Assembly: GCA_030390025.1 (NCBI GenBank)
Contig: CM059425.1
Coordinates: 165,294,001 to 165,358,000 of the forward strand
Length of the DNA stretch: 64,000 bases
From: Squalus acanthias
Lineage: Eukaryota
Direction of reading: 5' to 3'
The translations under genes and the position numbers were made by a program. Positions 61,376 through 64,000 of the stretch are shown piece after piece. A model generated the notes under the pieces. It had not been told where the DNA came from. It did no database searches and saw nothing but the letters and a program-made list of their open reading frames with translations. Positions within the stretch are counted from its first letter, which is position 1. The number at the start of each line of letters is the position of its first letter.

Positions 61376-62194
61376 GGGGGGAATTTTCTCAGCCCTGGGG
61401 AGGCGGGTATGGAGGCGGGACTGCCGTGAAAATGGCAGAAACTGGGAGCAGGTACCTACCCCGCTCCCAACCCGCCTCCGTGCCATCTTCCTGGGAGGCG
61501 GGTCCCCGAGTTGCGCAGGGACCCGTCTCCTCGAGGCAGGAAGGGGATTAGAGCCAATTAACTGCCTGTTAACATGTAGTTAACAGGCAGGTTTGAGGCT
61601 TTTCCCCATTTTACGCCTGCAATTGAGGGCTTCCCGATGGCTGCGAACCTTGCCAGGGTCAACGAGGCGAGCAGTGGGTCTGCGGGGGTGAGACGGGTCG
61701 AAATGTCAGCTGTAGAGGTAAGTGATGGGTGCAAGTGTGGACAGGTAAATATGTGAGGTGAGTGTAAAGTGCTGGAAAAAGTTTCCTTACTTTTGTTCCT
61801 TTCTGCAGGCCTCATCTCAACAGCAGAGATGACAGAATGGCTGCTGCATTCTCAGATGCAGCAGCCATCTGCTTTCTGCTGAGGAGAGAGGTCTTGGTTA
61901 GCCTTCTGTGCAAGGGCTCACCTTAGAACAGAGATTGTCAGTGTTTGACAGCTTCTCAAAGCTGCCAAACGTTGACAATTCATCTGTCAAAAAATTTTCG
62001 ACAGATAAAGTGTCATACGCTGACGTCATCTGTCACTGGCTTTCCCTTAATTGGCCTGTAAGCCCGCAGGACGGCTTAACAAGGCCAATCAAGGGAAAAT
62101 AGCGTGGGTTGGTCAGACGTCGCTGGGGGTGGGACTGAAACCCGGAAACCAGAAGTCCCGCCTCCAGCACATCTCCATTGAGAAAATCCAGCCC
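61376..62194. mobile_element. Non-autonomous Harbinger-type element
   Basis: TIR GGGGGGAATTTTCTCA / TGAGAAAATCCAGCCC, AAA TSD, subterminal GGCGGG motifs; right part resembles the reverse complement of 31990-32090. Confidence 0.8.
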
Positions 62195-63339
62195 AAAGAA
62201 GTAAAACTAGCTTATGTTATGATGTTAGACCATAGGCTTTTGCTGCTGATCAGCAACTTTTGTTCTCCTATGCAATGCTCCTGCAATTTTTATTTTAAGG
62301 CTTACATCCATGTGGTTTTGTAAAGATCAGAGTTCCAACTTGCCTCACATTGGAACGGTGAGATTTGTTAGTTCTCCATGGGGTTGTAATTGGAGGCCTT
62401 GTTCAAAGGAAGCCAGCAGTCCAGTTCACAGATTCATGTCTCCAAGCAGTTACAAGGATTTTTAAATAAAATGGACCTGTGAACACCTGCATTTCAGTTC
62501 ACACTGTTGAAGCAAATCTTAATCTGAAATGAGAAATATTGTTAAGCTAATAACGTCTTAAAATTTATTGTTGCCAAACTATAACAGTCAGCATAAAGGG
62601 GTTTAATTTGTTCTGAGCACATGTGCTAAGTGTGTATTGAGGTTTAGTTATTTTATAGATTAGTGTTCGTGGAGCAGACTCCTAATTTTCCTCTTAGGAG
62701 TCATGCACGTTAACACACTGATTCAGTGCTAACATATTTTTTACTTGTTAAGCAGCAATTAACATAGAACACGCAAATTTACACAGGAGCTACTTAATTC
62801 ACACACAGTATTAATTCTGCACAATTAAAGCTGGCATAAAATCAACCAGAGGGAGCAAGCAGTGTTGGAAAAGTGATTAGAGCAGGAGACAGCTTACCGA
62901 ATTAGTCAAAAAGAAGTCTTTTGGTAAACACGGTAGCATTGATGCAGCAACAAGGATTTGCTTGCTAGACACTTTGGAGGAGGAAGAGCAGAAGAGGAGG
63001 AAAAGTTGGCTTGGGAGGTCTTAAGTAACAGGAGATGGATGTTTTGGACTCGTTTCTACCTGAGGCCTTGAAATTCTGGTAGATTGTTAGGGCACAAACC
63101 TTTCTAAACTATTTGGGAAAGTTGGTATTAGAGCAGAGAGAGGATTTGCCAGTTTAATGCCCACATTAAGTTCCATCCTAAATGTTATTGGAAGTGAGGG
63201 AAGGTGTAAGCTGAGCTCTATAGCAAGAGTACAGACATGGAAATCATTACTTTAGGTCAGAATGACATCATCCGTCCTATTTCCATCATTTCTCCCCAGG
63301 ATCTACCAATCTAAGATATGCCATTATAAAATGGACTTG

Positions 63340-63890
63340 ATGATTTTAATGTTCTCCTGGCCAGCACCCCATCCTCCACCCTCCAAAAACTTCAGCTCAT
63401 CCAAATCTCAGTAGCCCGTATCCTATCCCACACCAAGTCCTGCTCATCTAATGCACTTTTCTTGGCTGAACTGCACTGGCTGCCAATTCCCTTACGCCTC
63501 AAATTTAAAATTCTCAGCCCTGTGCTTAAATCCCTCCATGAACTTGCCCCTCCCTATCTTTGTAACTTCCTTCAAGCCTGCAGACTTGTGCCCCCCACCT
63601 CCTCCCGAACTCTACATTCCTCTGACTCTGGCCTCTTGTTCATCCTTTCTCCCTTCACCCCACTATTGGTGACCATGCCTGCAGTTGCCTAGATCACAAT
63701 CTCTGGAATTCCCTCCCGAAACTCCTCTGTTTCTGCACTTCCCTCTCTTCTTTTAAGATCCTTTTTCACCAAGCGATTTGTCATCATTCCTAATTTCTCC
63801 TTCATTGACTTGGCAATTCATTTTTGTTACACCTCTACGAAGCACCTTGGGACATTTTTCTACATTAAAGGAATTATATAAATGTAAAAT
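63340..63890 (+). mobile_element. L2 LINE 3' end
   Basis: KLQLIQ...LAELHWLPIPLRLKFKIL...LAPPYL; tail GAAGCACCTTGGGAC...ATTAAAGG...TATATAAATG. Confidence 0.8.
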
Positions 63891-64000
63891 GTTTTTGTAT
63901 TAACTCAGAATAGCCTCTGAAGAAGTCTGATGCTAAAATCTTAGGTGAATTTCTGTGCTTCATTGTGTCATTACTTTACCATGAGGTGGTCTTCTTGGAA

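Overview
Repeat-dense vertebrate genomic DNA, most likely from a cartilaginous fish. That assignment is inferred from a SacSINE1-like DeuSINE and shark-type CR1, Penelope and Harbinger families. The window contains: (i) a young, full-length Gypsy LTR retrotransposon (1573-6084, minus strand, 215-bp LTRs differing at one base, 5-bp TSD) that has no tRNA primer-binding site; a 13-nt sequence complementary to its own LTR sits at the PBS position, and its RT motif is YLDN; (ii) three two-gene PIF/Harbinger transposons (DDE transposase plus a convergent 3-exon Myb/SANT gene, all decayed) and many deletion derivatives and MITEs; (iii) a Penelope fragment with a perfect 98-bp inverted repeat carrying minimal hammerhead ribozymes; (iv) a 1.6-kb solo LTR, CR1/L2 LINEs, SINEs, hAT elements and minisatellites, several nested inside one old CR1 copy (25-38 kb); (v) probable last exons of an unidentified plus-strand coiled-coil host gene (6966-20698) and a possible promoter near 55.3 kb. 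No prokaryotic systems, CRISPR arrays, rRNA or true tRNA genes were seen. All family names come from motif recognition by eye, not from database searches.
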